64,000 nucleotides of DNA from an uncultured bacterium (GCA_903861205.1 CAIOTC010000003.1:7964-71963), one strand, 5' to 3'. Counted from the first letter of the stretch, positions 29,388 to 40,492 are shown. The notes: generated by a model not told the origin, from the letters alone. Numbers and translations are program-made.

Positions 29388-30023
29388 ATGAAACTATTTG
29401 TTTGGGATTTTCATGGGACACTTGAAAAAGGATTTGAATCTGCTGTCTTAGAGTTTACAAACAGATCTCTTGAAAAGCATAACTATTCTGAAAGAGTAGA
29501 CAAAAATATTGTTTCGGAATTGTATGGTAAAAAATGGACAGAATTCTTTAAAAGAGTTCTTCCAGACAAATCTGATGAAGTCCACCTCGGATTGCAAAAT
29601 TACGCCATTTTAGATCAAAGAAAAAATCCGCATATTGTTGCTGGTTGCGTAGAGCCGAATGATTACGCTGAAATTATTTTGAAAGAAATTTCCCAAAAAC
29701 ACGACCAGATTTTAATATCTCACACTGATCAAGATGACATCGAGAATTTTGCCAGGTCGGCAAAACTTGACAGTTATTTTCCAAAAGGAAAATGTTTCGG
29801 AATAAATGCTCATCAATTTGATAAAACAAAAAAAGATATTCTTGATGAATATTTAGCTGGGAAAAATTTTGAAAAAATTATCTTTATTGGCGATTCTCAT
29901 CATGACATGATTCCAAATGAAAGAGGCATTTACTATTTGTATACTCACCCCGGAAAACAATTCAGAGAATCGATGTCAGATTACAAAATAAATGATCTCA
30001 GGGAAATTTTAAGAGAGATTTAA
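29388..30023 (+). CDS. HAD-superfamily hydrolase
   Basis: WDFHGTL motif I, FIGDSHHD motif IV. Confidence 0.85.
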   Translation: MKLFVWDFHGTLEKGFESAVLEFTNRSLEKHNYSERVDKNIVSELYGKKWTEFFKRVLPDKSDEVHLGLQNYAILDQRKNPHIVAGCVEPNDYAEIILKEISQKHDQILISHTDQDDIENFARSAKLDSYFPKGKCFGINAHQFDKTKKDILDEYLAGKNFEKIIFIGDSHHDMIPNERGIYYLYTHPGKQFRESMSDYKINDLREILREI

Positions 30024-30676
30024 TGGGCAATCGTAAACGCGAAAATGTCGCGGGCGCCGGCGGAGAGGAGGGTGGTGCGGGCTTCGGTGAGGGTGGAACC
30101 GGTGGTGACGACGTCGTCGATGAGAATGACGTAGTAGCCGTCGACGCGCGGGTCGGCCGAGAAACAGCCGATCAGATTTTTCATGCGTTCCTCGCGCGAC
30201 AGACTACGGCTTTGGCGAGGAGTTTCAACCGGCTTTTGCAAATATTGCGGAGCGTAAATCAAAAAGTGCTCGCCGTCGAAAGGTAAAATCGATTTGGCGA
30301 TGTGTTCACTCTGATTGTAACCGCGTTCGATGCGGCGTTCGGTCGAAATCGGCACGGGAATCAAGAGAAACTTGGCGTTGCCGTCGAAAAGGGCGATGTC
30401 GCAGGCCAAGGCGACGATCTCCTCGTATAAAAGTTCACCGATCACCGGAAGCGCGCAGGTATTTTCTTTGTATTTCAGCTCCCAAATGATGGCGCGGACG
30501 GAATTATTTTTGTAATGAAAAAGCGGGTGAATCCAGCGGCAACCGTAAACGTCCGGACCTTTCGGCAAATCCAAAATATCTTCTTTGCTCAAATTTTTGA
30601 CGACTAAGGCATCCAACCTCTCCGGCGCGATGAGATCGAGAAGTTGGAACATCCAATTTTTTGCGGTTTCTAACAT
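30020..30676 (-). CDS. comF: ComF family phosphoribosyltransferase-like competence protein
   Basis: LKY, IPVP...RGYNQ, LIDDVVTTGSTL. Confidence 0.9.
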   Translation of the reverse strand: MLETAKNWMFQLLDLIAPERLDALVVKNLSKEDILDLPKGPDVYGCRWIHPLFHYKNNSVRAIIWELKYKENTCALPVIGELLYEEIVALACDIALFDGNAKFLLIPVPISTERRIERGYNQSEHIAKSILPFDGEHFLIYAPQYLQKPVETPRQSRSLSREERMKNLIGCFSADPRVDGYYVILIDDVVTTGSTLTEARTTLLSAGARDIFAFTIAH

Positions 30677-30835
30677 GAAGATATTATACAATGAGTGAAT
30701 ATGGTATACTATATTAATAATTTTCAAGTAACAATTTCCAATTTTCAATAAATGAATCAATTTTTCAATTGGACAATTGGTTCATTGAGAAATTCATTGG
30801 AAATTGAAAATTGCTAATTGGAAATTTTTTCAAAA

Positions 30836-31945
30836 ATGCCCCAATTTCTCTCAGACATCATCGAAAAATTTTTCGGCAAAAATGGCGGCAGCGTTCTCGG
30901 CGTTGACATTGGTTCGTCGTCCATCAAAGTGGTTCAGTTGCGCCGTCAAAAGGGAAGAGCGATCCTCGAAACGTATGGCGAATTGGCGCTCGGACCATAC
31001 GCCGGCAGCAATGTTGGCCAATCCACCAATTTGCCGGTTGAAAAAGTGGTCGAGGCTTTAAGAGACATTCTGGCTGAAAAAGAAGTCAATCTGACCACCA
31101 GAAATTGCGGTGTGGCCATTCCTTTCGCCTCATCTCTCATGTCGGTCATCGAAATGCCGGCGGTTCCATTCAAGGAGCTTTCCCAAATGGTGCCGATTGA
31201 AGCCAGAAAATACGTGCCTGTAGCCATTTCGGAAGTTTCGCTGGACTGGTCGGTCATCCCGCAGGACAGAGACGAAAGAGACGACAAAAACGCTCCGGCC
31301 AAAACGGAAGTCTTGCTGGTGGCCATTCACAACAACACCATCGAAAAATATTCGGAAATTGTCACCAAAAGCGGCCTCAGTAGCACATTTTTCGAGATTG
31401 AAATTTTCAGCACCATGCGATCCATTTTGGATCAGGAAGTTGTGCCGGTCATGATCCTCGACATGGGCGCCACTTCGACCAAACTCTACATCATCGAACG
31501 CGGAATTTTGCGCTCGTCGCACACCATCAATCGCGGAGGTCAGAGCGTGACAATGTCGCTGTCCAAATCTCTCGGCATTTCCATGCAGGAGGCCGAGGTG
31601 ATGAAGCGCGAAAAAGGTTTGCCCGGCGAAGCGAGCGGAATTGGGCTGAAAGATGTCATTGTGGTGACGCTTGATTTCATTTTCTCCGAAGCCAATCAAG
31701 TCGTTTTGGCTTACCAGAAAAAATACAACAAAAATATCAGCAAGGTCTTTCTGGTCGGCGGGGGAAGCGCACTGAAAGGCCTCGAGGAAGTGGCCAAGAA
31801 AAGTTTCCAGACCGAAGTGGTTTGCGGAAATCCGTTTGGCAAGGTGGTGGCGCCGGCTTTTTTGGAGGATGTGCTGAAAACGACCGGACCGGAATTTGCC
31901 GTGGCAGTGGGAGTGGCGCTGCGCAAAATGCAAGAGTCGGAATAA
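30836..31945 (+). CDS. pilM: type IV pilus assembly protein PilM
   Basis: GVDIGSSSIKVVQL, EARKYVP, DMGA, GGGS. Confidence 0.93.
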   Translation: MPQFLSDIIEKFFGKNGGSVLGVDIGSSSIKVVQLRRQKGRAILETYGELALGPYAGSNVGQSTNLPVEKVVEALRDILAEKEVNLTTRNCGVAIPFASSLMSVIEMPAVPFKELSQMVPIEARKYVPVAISEVSLDWSVIPQDRDERDDKNAPAKTEVLLVAIHNNTIEKYSEIVTKSGLSSTFFEIEIFSTMRSILDQEVVPVMILDMGATSTKLYIIERGILRSSHTINRGGQSVTMSLSKSLGISMQEAEVMKREKGLPGEASGIGLKDVIVVTLDFIFSEANQVVLAYQKKYNKNISKVFLVGGGSALKGLEEVAKKSFQTEVVCGNPFGKVVAPAFLEDVLKTTGPEFAVAVGVALRKMQESE

Positions 31946-32177
31946 TTTCCAATTTTCAATTTCCAATGAATTTTTCAATTGGACAATTGGCTCATTGAGA
32001 AATTCATTGGAAATTGAAAATTGCTACTTGAAATTTTTTGTGTATAACTTGCATAGTTTTTTGTTTTAACTTGCTGTATAATTTACATGAGTAAAAATAA
32101 TTTAAAATTTAAAAATTTGTCATTCAAAATTCATTTTAAATTTTAAATTCTAAATTTTAAATTAAAAATTTTTTTCC

Positions 32178-32813
32178 ATGGAACCCCAATTTCAATCATC
32201 GTTCATTCCGAAAAAACCGGCCGTCTCCATACCCAGCGCTCCGGCCGCTCCGACACATTCATTCAATATTTTTTCCATTGCCGCCACGGTTATTCTCGTC
32301 GCTACTATTCTGGCGGCGGGCGGACTTTTCGCTTACAAGCAGATTTTAAACGGCCAAATCGACAAAGCCAACGCCGACATCGTGGCCGCGCGCGACGCTT
32401 TTCAGCCTGACACTATCAAAGAGCTGATCGATGTTTCCGGCCGGCTGATGTCCGCCCAAAAACTGCTCAATTCGCACATCGCTCTTTCCTACATGCTCGA
32501 CAACTTGCAGTCCATGACCTTCAAAAAAATTCGCTTCAACAATTTTAATTTTTCCAGCAAAGAAGGCGTTCCGACAATCTCCATGGATGTTGAAGGCCAG
32601 AGTTACAATGTCTTGGTCCAACAGTATGATATTTTTTCACAGGACACTTCGATCCAAAATCCATCCTTTTCTGATTTCACTGTTACGGACAACGGCAATG
32701 TCACCACGAAATTCATCGGAACGATTGATCCAAGTTTGATTTCGTACAAAAAATCGATTGAGCCGATCGAATCGACACAATCGATCGAATCGGCAACCAG
32801 CACAAATCAATAA
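32178..32813 (+). CDS. pilN: PilN-like pilus assembly protein
   Basis: SFIPKKP N-terminus, single TM helix, position after pilM. Confidence 0.7.
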   Translation: MEPQFQSSFIPKKPAVSIPSAPAAPTHSFNIFSIAATVILVATILAAGGLFAYKQILNGQIDKANADIVAARDAFQPDTIKELIDVSGRLMSAQKLLNSHIALSYMLDNLQSMTFKKIRFNNFNFSSKEGVPTISMDVEGQSYNVLVQQYDIFSQDTSIQNPSFSDFTVTDNGNVTTKFIGTIDPSLISYKKSIEPIESTQSIESATSTNQ

Positions 32814-32814
32814 A

Positions 32815-33366
32815 ATGAAAGCCTTCACACCAATCATCATCATAGCTCTCTGTGCCGGCGCATATTACGTTTACCTTTCTCCGGCTTACACGGAGATTCA
32901 GGCTTTGACGGCCAAAAGAGACCAGTACACCGGTGTTTTGGAGAAAGCCAAGGAAATTGGCGCAAAACGCGACGCGATTTTGACCTCGTACAATTCCATT
33001 GCTCCGGACGACCTTGATCGCCTGAAAAAAGCTATTCCCGAAAAATTCAATCCGGTTGTTTTTGCCAAATATGTCAGCGGTTCGGCTGCGAAATATGGCA
33101 TGGCGGTCAAAGACGTCAAGATCACATATTTGGACATCGATACCGGCCAGGAAGTGGCCACTTCGGCCGAGTCGAGCTACAAAACAATGTCCGTCGGTTT
33201 TTCGGTCAAAGGCACCTACGACCAGTTCACCAAGATGCTCAAAGACTTGGAGTCCGGATTGTATCTAGTTGATGTCACGTCACTAACGCTCTCCAGCGAC
33301 GCCAAGACTTCCGGAGCGTCAACATACAATTACACCGTTGAGGTTCACACGTATTCATTGTATTAA
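32815..33366 (+). CDS. pilO: PilO-like pilus assembly protein
   Basis: TM plus coiled coil, GTYDQF..LKDLE...LVDV. Confidence 0.8.
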   Translation: MKAFTPIIIIALCAGAYYVYLSPAYTEIQALTAKRDQYTGVLEKAKEIGAKRDAILTSYNSIAPDDLDRLKKAIPEKFNPVVFAKYVSGSAAKYGMAVKDVKITYLDIDTGQEVATSAESSYKTMSVGFSVKGTYDQFTKMLKDLESGLYLVDVTSLTLSSDAKTSGASTYNYTVEVHTYSLY

Positions 33367-33377
33367 TTTTCATAAAA

Positions 33378-33692
33378 ATGCTTTCAAAACTCACACAAAC
33401 GCAAAAATTGATACTGGCTCTGGTTATTTTTGCCCTGACCGGCTATGTCATTTACAGTTCGTTTTTTTCAACGCCGAGCGCGCCAAGCGTTTCTCCCGAC
33501 GAGACCGGTGCGGCGGTTCAGGCGGAAGGGCAGGATGTTATTGACCTGGCCGCCAAGCTTGATTCAATCTCGATTGATCCGGGGATTTTTACCTCGACGC
33601 TTTTCAAAAGTCTGAAAGACTTTGACGTGCCGATATCGCCGGAATTGCAGGGCCGACCGAATCCGTTCGAGATAATCGGCATCGATAAGTAA
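33378..33692 (+). CDS. small membrane protein of the pil operon (PilP-like)
   Basis: TM helix and C-terminal GRPNPF motif. Confidence 0.7.
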   Translation: MLSKLTQTQKLILALVIFALTGYVIYSSFFSTPSAPSVSPDETGAAVQAEGQDVIDLAAKLDSISIDPGIFTSTLFKSLKDFDVPISPELQGRPNPFEIIGIDK

Positions 33693-33754
33693 TTTTTAAT
33701 TTTAAATTTACAAATTCATTAAAAATTTTAAATTAAAAATTTTAAATTTTTTTC

Positions 33755-35488
33755 ATGGACATTCTCGAAGCTGTTGAACAAAAAGGCTTACTTACAAAAG
33801 CCAAAATAGCTGATGTCAAAAAAGAAGCTGATCGCCTCGGTATTACCATCGAGCAAGCGCTTCTCAAAAATGGCGTTTCTCCGCAGCAGATTTTGGAGTT
33901 GCAGGGAGAATATTTCGACGTGCCGACTCGCGCCGTGGTTGTCGAAGATGTTTCCGACAAAATTCTGGAATATATTCCGCAGGAATCGGCCGAGCATTAT
34001 CATTTTGTGCCGATAGGACTTTCTGACAATGTTCTGGAAGTCGGTATGACTGTGCCGGGAGATATTGATGCCCGCGACGCTCTCAATTTTATTTCTTCCA
34101 AACTCGGCATTCCTTTTAAAATTTTTCTTATTTCCGATGAAGATTTTTCCAGAGTCATTACTTTGTACAAAGGTCTGACCGGTGAAGTTTCCAAAGCGTT
34201 AACCGAGCTTGAAACTGAGTTAAAAATCGAAACGCCGGACAAAAAAGGCGAACACGACAGACCAGAGAGTGAAAAAGAAGAAACCGGAACCAATCAGAAC
34301 GAAATTTCCGAAGACGCGCCGGTGACCAAAATCGTGGCCACCATTTTGCGCTATGCCACCGACGGCAATGCTTCCGACATTCACATCGAGCCGTGGCGTG
34401 AAAACGTCAAGGTTCGTTTCCGCGTCGACGGTGTCATGAACACCTCGCTCGTTTTGCCGTTCAAGGTGCACTCGGCCGTGGTTTCGCGCATCAAGATTCT
34501 TTCCAATATGCGCCTGGACGAAAAGCGCAAACCGCAAGACGGTCGTTTTACGGCGCGCATCGAGGGACGCAAAATCGATTTTCGTGTTTCCACATTTCCG
34601 ACATATTTTGGCGAAAAAGTGGTGATGCGACTTCTCGACCAGGAAAAAGGCGTCAAAAAACTGGACGACCTTGGATTTTCGGAGAAAAATCTCGGTCTGA
34701 TCAAAAAAGCGCTGGACAAACCGTACGGCCTGATCCTGATGTCCGGTCCGACCGGTTCTGGAAAAACTTCGACTTTGTATTCGATGCTCAACGAAGTCGA
34801 TCGCGATCATCAGAACGTGCTCTCGCTCGAAGACCCGATCGAATACAATATCGAAGGCATGTCCCAATCGCAAGTTCGGCCGGAAATCGATTACACCTTT
34901 GCTTCCGGTTTGCGCACGACATTGCGCCAGGACCCGGATGTGATCATGGTTGGTGAGATTCGCGACAAGGAAACGGCTCAGCTGGCCATCCAGGCCGCTT
35001 TGACCGGTCACCTCGTTCTTTCGACCATTCACACCAACTCGGCTGTCGGCGTTATTCCGCGCCTGATCGACATGGGCGTTGATCCGTACCTAATTGCTCC
35101 GACCTTGATTTTGGCCATTGCCCAGCGACTTGTCCGCGCCCTTTGCCCGAATTCCGGCAAACCGATGCCACTTAGCGACAGTATCAAACTGATGATCGAT
35201 ACCCAGTTCAAAGACTTGCCGAAAAAATATCTTGACGAGCTTCCTTTGACGAACGAAATCTACGAACTTTCTCCCGGTCCGGATTGTCCAAATGGCACGC
35301 GCGGCCGTCTGGCCGTTTTGGAAGTGATGGAAATGGACAAAGATATCGAGGAAGTTATTTTGAAAAATCCGACGGAACTGGAAATTTCCAAAGTCGTCCG
35401 CGGCAAAGGCATGATGACCATGAAAGAGGACGCCATTTTGAAAGCGATGCACCGAGAAATTCCTTTTGAGGAAATCGCAACATTGTAG
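33755..35488 (+). CDS. pilB: type IV pilus extension ATPase PilB/GspE
   Basis: ASDIHIEP, GPTGSGKT, EDPIEY, LRQDPDVIMVGEIRD, TGHLVLSTIH. Confidence 0.96.
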   Translation: MDILEAVEQKGLLTKAKIADVKKEADRLGITIEQALLKNGVSPQQILELQGEYFDVPTRAVVVEDVSDKILEYIPQESAEHYHFVPIGLSDNVLEVGMTVPGDIDARDALNFISSKLGIPFKIFLISDEDFSRVITLYKGLTGEVSKALTELETELKIETPDKKGEHDRPESEKEETGTNQNEISEDAPVTKIVATILRYATDGNASDIHIEPWRENVKVRFRVDGVMNTSLVLPFKVHSAVVSRIKILSNMRLDEKRKPQDGRFTARIEGRKIDFRVSTFPTYFGEKVVMRLLDQEKGVKKLDDLGFSEKNLGLIKKALDKPYGLILMSGPTGSGKTSTLYSMLNEVDRDHQNVLSLEDPIEYNIEGMSQSQVRPEIDYTFASGLRTTLRQDPDVIMVGEIRDKETAQLAIQAALTGHLVLSTIHTNSAVGVIPRLIDMGVDPYLIAPTLILAIAQRLVRALCPNSGKPMPLSDSIKLMIDTQFKDLPKKYLDELPLTNEIYELSPGPDCPNGTRGRLAVLEVMEMDKDIEEVILKNPTELEISKVVRGKGMMTMKEDAILKAMHREIPFEEIATL

Positions 35489-35501
35489 TATAATAAAAAC
35501 A

Positions 35502-35906
35502 ATGACCGAAGAAAAAATTTTAGACAAAAAAATAACAATCATGCTTGTTGACGATGATCGTTTCCTTCTAGACATGTATTCGATCAAGTTCAAGTCCAGT
35601 GGTTTTGATATCGAGACTATTTCCGGAAGCGCCGATGCTTTGACCAAACTGCGCGCCGGAGCCAAACCGGATGTTATTCTGCTCGATATTATTATGCCGA
35701 ATATGGACGGTTTGGAACTTCTCAAGACTATCAGGGATGAAAAATTGGCCGAAACTTCGGTTGTTATCATGCTGACCAACCAACCGGACGAAATGGAAAA
35801 AGCTCAGGCTCTCGGTGCCGACGGTTACATCGTCAAGGCGGTTAATATTCCGTCGGAAGTGGTGAATAAGGTGATAGAAATATATAAAAGCAAAAAAGCA
35901 AAATAA
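35502..35906 (+). CDS. single-domain response regulator
   Basis: LVDDD, LLDIIMP.MDG, GADGYIVK. Confidence 0.92.
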   Translation: MTEEKILDKKITIMLVDDDRFLLDMYSIKFKSSGFDIETISGSADALTKLRAGAKPDVILLDIIMPNMDGLELLKTIRDEKLAETSVVIMLTNQPDEMEKAQALGADGYIVKAVNIPSEVVNKVIEIYKSKKAK

Positions 35907-36009
35907 ATTTTCAATTTAAAATTTAGAATTTTTAATGAATGTCTAAATTTAAAAATTTAATCATTGAAAATTCAATAAAAATTAAAAATTAAAAATTTTA
36001 AATTATATT

Positions 36010-37077
36010 ATGTCTTCTGATTACAAAAAAACCCTAGATAATTTTATTGCCACCGTTATCAAAGAAGAGGCGTCGGATTTGCACCTGTCCGAAGGCCGCC
36101 AGCCGGTTATTCGTGTGGGCGGTTTTTTAGTGCCGTTGGTCAAAGAGCCGGTTATGTCGCGGGCGGACGTCAAGGGTATTTTGGACGAAATTTTGAATGC
36201 CAAGAAAAAAGAGGATTTTCTGGAAAAAATGGAAGTTGACTTTGCTTACGATCACAACGGCGAAGCGCGTTTCCGCGGCAATGTTTTCTTTCAGCTCGGC
36301 AAAATCAGCGTGGCCCTTCGTCTCATTCCGAAAAAAGTCAAAACGCTGGAGGAACTCAAACTGCCGTCCATTTTGGAATCATTCGTCAACAAACAGCAGG
36401 GATTTTTCCTGGTTGTTGGTCCGACCGGGCAGGGCAAGTCGACCACCTTGGCCGCGCTTATCGATATGATCAACGAACGCCGGCTTGAGCACATCATCAC
36501 CATTGAAGATCCGATCGAATACATTTTCGAATCCAAGAAATCTCTGATCGACCAGCGCGAAGTATACGAAGACACGCCGGATTTCCAGTCGGCTCTCAAG
36601 GGCATGTTCCGCCAGGATGTCGATGTGGTTATGATAGGCGAGATGCGCACGCCGGATACTATCGCCACGGCGGTGACGGCGGCCGAGACGGGACACCTCG
36701 TTTTTTCCACGCTTCACACCAATACCGCTTCTCAAACAATTGCCCGAATTCTCGACTCGTTCAGCGCCGAACAGCAAAGTCAGATCAGAATTCAACTGTC
36801 GGCCAGCCTTCTCGGTATTTTTAGCCAGCGCCTCATTCCGCGAATTGCCGGCGGGCTCATCCCGGCCTGCGAACTTTTGATCAACAACACCGCTGTGGCC
36901 AACCTCATCCGCGAGAATCGCGCCCACGAAATCGACACTGTCATCGAAACCGGCTCGGACCAGGGCATGATCGATCTCAACAGATACCTAGTGGAGCTGG
37001 TGCGGTCAGGAGAAATCACGCCGGAGAACGCCTATCTGAACTCGCACAATTTGAAAGGATTGGAGAGATTGATGTAA
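36010..37077 (+). CDS. pilT: type IV pilus retraction ATPase PilT
   Basis: ASDLHL, GPTGQGKSTT, AAETGHLVFSTLHT, ANLIRE. Confidence 0.96.
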   Translation: MSSDYKKTLDNFIATVIKEEASDLHLSEGRQPVIRVGGFLVPLVKEPVMSRADVKGILDEILNAKKKEDFLEKMEVDFAYDHNGEARFRGNVFFQLGKISVALRLIPKKVKTLEELKLPSILESFVNKQQGFFLVVGPTGQGKSTTLAALIDMINERRLEHIITIEDPIEYIFESKKSLIDQREVYEDTPDFQSALKGMFRQDVDVVMIGEMRTPDTIATAVTAAETGHLVFSTLHTNTASQTIARILDSFSAEQQSQIRIQLSASLLGIFSQRLIPRIAGGLIPACELLINNTAVANLIRENRAHEIDTVIETGSDQGMIDLNRYLVELVRSGEITPENAYLNSHNLKGLERLM

Positions 37078-37194
37078 GGACAAATTTTCAAGTAACAATT
37101 TCCAATTTCCAATGAATTTCTCAATGAACCAATTGTCCAATTGAAGAATTGATTCATTTATTGGAAATTGGAAATTGATAATTATTTTTTATTC

Positions 37195-38400
37195 ATGTTA
37201 TATTCTTACACTGCCATCACTCAAACGGGACAGAAAACTCAAGGCACCATTGAGGCGGTTTCGACCGATGTCGGCATCAGCGTTTTGCAAAAAAGGGGAT
37301 TGGTTATTCTGCAGATTCAGGCGCCGCAGGCCGAAAAAGATTTTTCGATAAACCTGCCGTTTTTCAATAAAATTTCCAACAAGGAAGTGGTCGTTTTGTC
37401 CCGTCAAATGGCCACGCTTTTCCAGGCCCAAGTTTCGGCCTTGCGTGTTTTTCGTCTCCTCGGCGAGCAAGTGGAAAATAAAACCCTCCAGAAATACATG
37501 TTCGACATTGCCGACGATTTGCAGGGCGGCAGTTCCATTTCCAATGCTCTGTCGCGTCACCCGGACGTTTTTTCCGATTTTTACGTCAACATGGTCAAGG
37601 CCGGCGAGGAATCCGGCAAGCTCGACGAGACTTTCAACTATCTGGCTGATTATCTGGATCGGACTTACGCCATTGTTTCCAAAACCAAAAACGCCTTAGT
37701 CTATCCGGCTTTCGTCGTCGTCACTTTCGTCGGCGTGATGATTCTCATGTTCACGGTTATTATTCCGAAAATCAGCTTGATGTTGACCGATTCCGGCCAG
37801 GAAATTCCGATTTACACCAAAATCGTTTTGGCTATCAGCAGTCTTTTGATCAATCACGGCATACTTTTGGCCATTGCAGTCATTATCATCGGATATTTCT
37901 TGGTCAGATATGGCCGGACAGAGGAAGGCGCGCTATATTATGACGATTTGAAAATAAAAACGCCGTACATCGGCAATTTGTACCGCAAACTGTACCTGTC
38001 GCGCATTGCCGACAACCTCAACACCATGATTACCTCCGGCATTCCCATTTTGCGAGCGCTGGAAATCACCTCGGCCGTCGTCGACAATCGCGTTTACAAA
38101 AATATTTTAAACGACGCCATAAATGGGGTTAAAGGGGGAGATGCGCTGTCAACCGTGCTTTCCAAATATCCGGAAATGCCCGGCATCATGGTCCAAATGA
38201 CCAAAGTCGGCGAGGAAACAGGCGAGCTGGGCAGTATTCTCAAAACCTTGGCCAAGTTCTACGAGCGTGAAGTGATCGATGCTGTTGACACGCTGGTTGG
38301 CCTCATCGAGCCGGTCATGATTGTGGCTCTGGGTTTGGGGGTGGGCATACTTTTGGCATCAGTTCTTATGCCAATCTATAACATCGCCGGCGGAATGTAG
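37195..38400 (+). CDS. pilC: type IV pilus platform protein PilC/GspF
   Basis: AGEESGKL, ALVYP, GEETGEL, LIEP. Confidence 0.95.
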   Translation: MLYSYTAITQTGQKTQGTIEAVSTDVGISVLQKRGLVILQIQAPQAEKDFSINLPFFNKISNKEVVVLSRQMATLFQAQVSALRVFRLLGEQVENKTLQKYMFDIADDLQGGSSISNALSRHPDVFSDFYVNMVKAGEESGKLDETFNYLADYLDRTYAIVSKTKNALVYPAFVVVTFVGVMILMFTVIIPKISLMLTDSGQEIPIYTKIVLAISSLLINHGILLAIAVIIIGYFLVRYGRTEEGALYYDDLKIKTPYIGNLYRKLYLSRIADNLNTMITSGIPILRALEITSAVVDNRVYKNILNDAINGVKGGDALSTVLSKYPEMPGIMVQMTKVGEETGELGSILKTLAKFYEREVIDAVDTLVGLIEPVMIVALGLGVGILLASVLMPIYNIAGGM

Positions 38401-38417
38401 AAAAATCTTTTCAAGAA

Positions 38418-38460
38418 CTCACCTGGTGTCAACGGCGAAGCAACGTTATCACCGGGTGTG
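38418..38460. repeat. 43-bp REP-like element CTCACCTGGTG...CACCGGGTGTG
   Basis: Inverted copy with 3 mismatches at 26747-26789; related CACCWGGTG doublet at 22653-22688. Confidence 0.8.
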
Positions 38461-38570
38461 TTCTTGAATTTCTAATCGGTCACCGGGTGTGAGTTCGTTT
38501 TTCGAAAAATTAAAAGTTCTGCACCTTTTTCGTTGTAGTCTGATTTTTTTTGTTATAAAATGAAGACAAT

Positions 38571-39059
38571 ATGAAAAAATCTGTCAGCGGTTTTACCCTC
38601 ATCGAGTTACTTGTTGTCATTGCGATCATCTCGCTCATCTCCTCTGTCATTTTGGCAGCTCTTAATTCGGCAAGAACTAAAGGTATAGATTCTTTAATAA
38701 AAGCAAACCTAAATACCATCATCAAACAAACCGAAATAGTTTTTGACGCAAATAATGGTAGTTATCTTAGTCCAAATTCTATTTGTTATAACACAACAAT
38801 TAGAAATGCCATGCAATCCAGTTCTCAGGCGTCTGCCGGGTATGATCTTATAACGAATGATTATAAAAGAGATTTTAATTGTGGAAATTTTGGTAAGTAT
38901 TGGGCAGTGGTAATAAAAATGAAAGGTTTAAACGGTTGCCCCGCTGCTTCATGGATATGCGCTGATAATAGCGTTGATCCTGCCGCTCCCGCCAAAGTCC
39001 CAGGAACTTACGAGATCATATGTAATCAACCCGGAGTGAGTATTTCCGTATGCCCATAG
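38571..39059 (+). CDS. type IV pilin
   Basis: GFTLIELLVVIAII N-methylation motif. Confidence 0.92.
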   Translation: MKKSVSGFTLIELLVVIAIISLISSVILAALNSARTKGIDSLIKANLNTIIKQTEIVFDANNGSYLSPNSICYNTTIRNAMQSSSQASAGYDLITNDYKRDFNCGNFGKYWAVVIKMKGLNGCPAASWICADNSVDPAAPAKVPGTYEIICNQPGVSISVCP

Positions 39060-39203
39060 AATTATCCACAGTGCCCCTTTTCACCGCTTGCATATAACCG
39101 TATAATAGATGTACTAGTTTAATAGATGAATTCTCTGAAAAAGAGGCGGTCGAGCTAGAAAATTTATTTACAAGAATTTATTAATAAAATTATCAATTAA
39201 TAT

Positions 39204-39695
39204 ATGAAATATATGAAAAGAGGTTTTACGCTTATTGAATTGCTCGTGGTTATCGCCATCATCGGTATTCTTTCATCAGTTGTTTTGGCTAGTTTGAACA
39301 CTGCTCGAAACAAGGGTGCTGATGCCGCTATCAAGTCAAACTTGGCAAATGCTCGCGCACAAGCAGAGATTTTCTATGATACTAACGGTCAGACTTACGA
39401 TGCTGGTACAGCTGCCACTGATGTTTGTAACACAGCAGCATCAGTCGGTAACCCGGCTGTAAAAGGTGTATTTGCAAATGTTCAGGCTGCAGCTACAACC
39501 GCAGGGGCGGGTACTGCGCTTACAGACACGGCAGAAACAACAACAAACGCAGTGTGTAATAGTTCTGCTACTGGATGGGCCGCAGCAGTTCCCCTAAAGG
39601 GAGGTGGACAGTGGTGTGTTGACAGCACAGGAAAGTCAGTACCGGAGGTAGCTGCAAACCTGTTGGCACCAGCTGCAACAGTGGCTTGCCCATAG
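39204..39695 (+). CDS. type IV pilin (likely major)
   Basis: GFTLIELLVVIAIIG; C-terminal WCVDSTG...CP; strong terminator. Confidence 0.93.
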   Translation: MKYMKRGFTLIELLVVIAIIGILSSVVLASLNTARNKGADAAIKSNLANARAQAEIFYDTNGQTYDAGTAATDVCNTAASVGNPAVKGVFANVQAAATTAGAGTALTDTAETTTNAVCNSSATGWAAAVPLKGGGQWCVDSTGKSVPEVAANLLAPAATVACP

Positions 39696-39724
39696 TACTT
39701 GATTATGTTTTAGTTTTAGATTCA

Positions 39725-39750
39725 GAAAAACCGGCCTTGGCCGGTTTTTC
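39725..39750 (+). terminator. intrinsic terminator after pilin 2
   Basis: GAAAAACCGGCC-TT-GGCCGGTTTTTC. Confidence 0.8.
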
Positions 39751-39850
39751 GTTTATTTGAGTTATCAACACCTCACGTTTGTATTGTCTTTTTATGTTGT
39801 ATAATATATCCATAACTTTATAAGTTTTAAATTATTAGTTTATTAAACAT

Positions 39851-40339
39851 ATGAATAAGACAAATCGAGGTTTTACGCTTATTGAATTACTCGTGGTTAT
39901 CGCCATCATCGCACTTCTGTCGTCGGTTGTTCTGGCATCACTTAACTCAGCCAGGAATAAGGGTGCTGATGCAGCTATCAAATCAAACTTGGCAAATGCT
40001 CGCGCACAAGCGGAGATTTTCTATGATGCAAATGGAAGTTCTTATATGGGTACTATTAACACAGCTACCGATGTATGTAACACAGCCGCTTCAGTTAATG
40101 GAGTAAAGGGTATTTATCCAAATGTTCTTGCGGCGATACAAGTAAGTCAGGGTTCTGGTGGTGCTCTAGTCGCTGAAAATGCGGTAGAAACTGGCACAAC
40201 TGCCTCGTGCAACCCCGCTTCAGGTACTTGGGTCGCTCAGGCCCCTTTAAAAAGTGCGGGTTTTTGGTGTGTTGACAGTACGGGCGCTTCTGTTCCTGAA
40301 GCAGCTGTATTACCTATCAACGCGACCAAGTGTCAGTAA
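39851..40339 (+). CDS. type IV pilin
   Basis: GFTLIELLVVIAII; WCVDSTG. Confidence 0.93.
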   Translation: MNKTNRGFTLIELLVVIAIIALLSSVVLASLNSARNKGADAAIKSNLANARAQAEIFYDANGSSYMGTINTATDVCNTAASVNGVKGIYPNVLAAIQVSQGSGGALVAENAVETGTTASCNPASGTWVAQAPLKSAGFWCVDSTGASVPEAAVLPINATKCQ

Positions 40340-40356
40340 AATACTTGGATAGTTTT

Positions 40357-40387
40357 AAAAACCGCTCTCCTCAAGGGGGTGGTTTTT
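40357..40387 (+). terminator. intrinsic terminator after pilin 3
   Basis: AAAAACCGCTCTC...GGGGGTGGTTTTT. Confidence 0.7.
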
Positions 40388-40492
40388 GTATGTAAAGTTA
40401 TCAACAAGCTCTAATTTTGTTTATTTTTTTAAGTTGTATAATGAAATCACAAGGTCCAAATTGTCACTTAATTCTTATTAGGTTTTAATTTT

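Noticed and set aside
39062-40406. DnaA-box cluster as the replication origin
   Set aside because: Boxes are single, hundreds of bases apart and tied to individual promoters; no dnaA/dnaN nearby.
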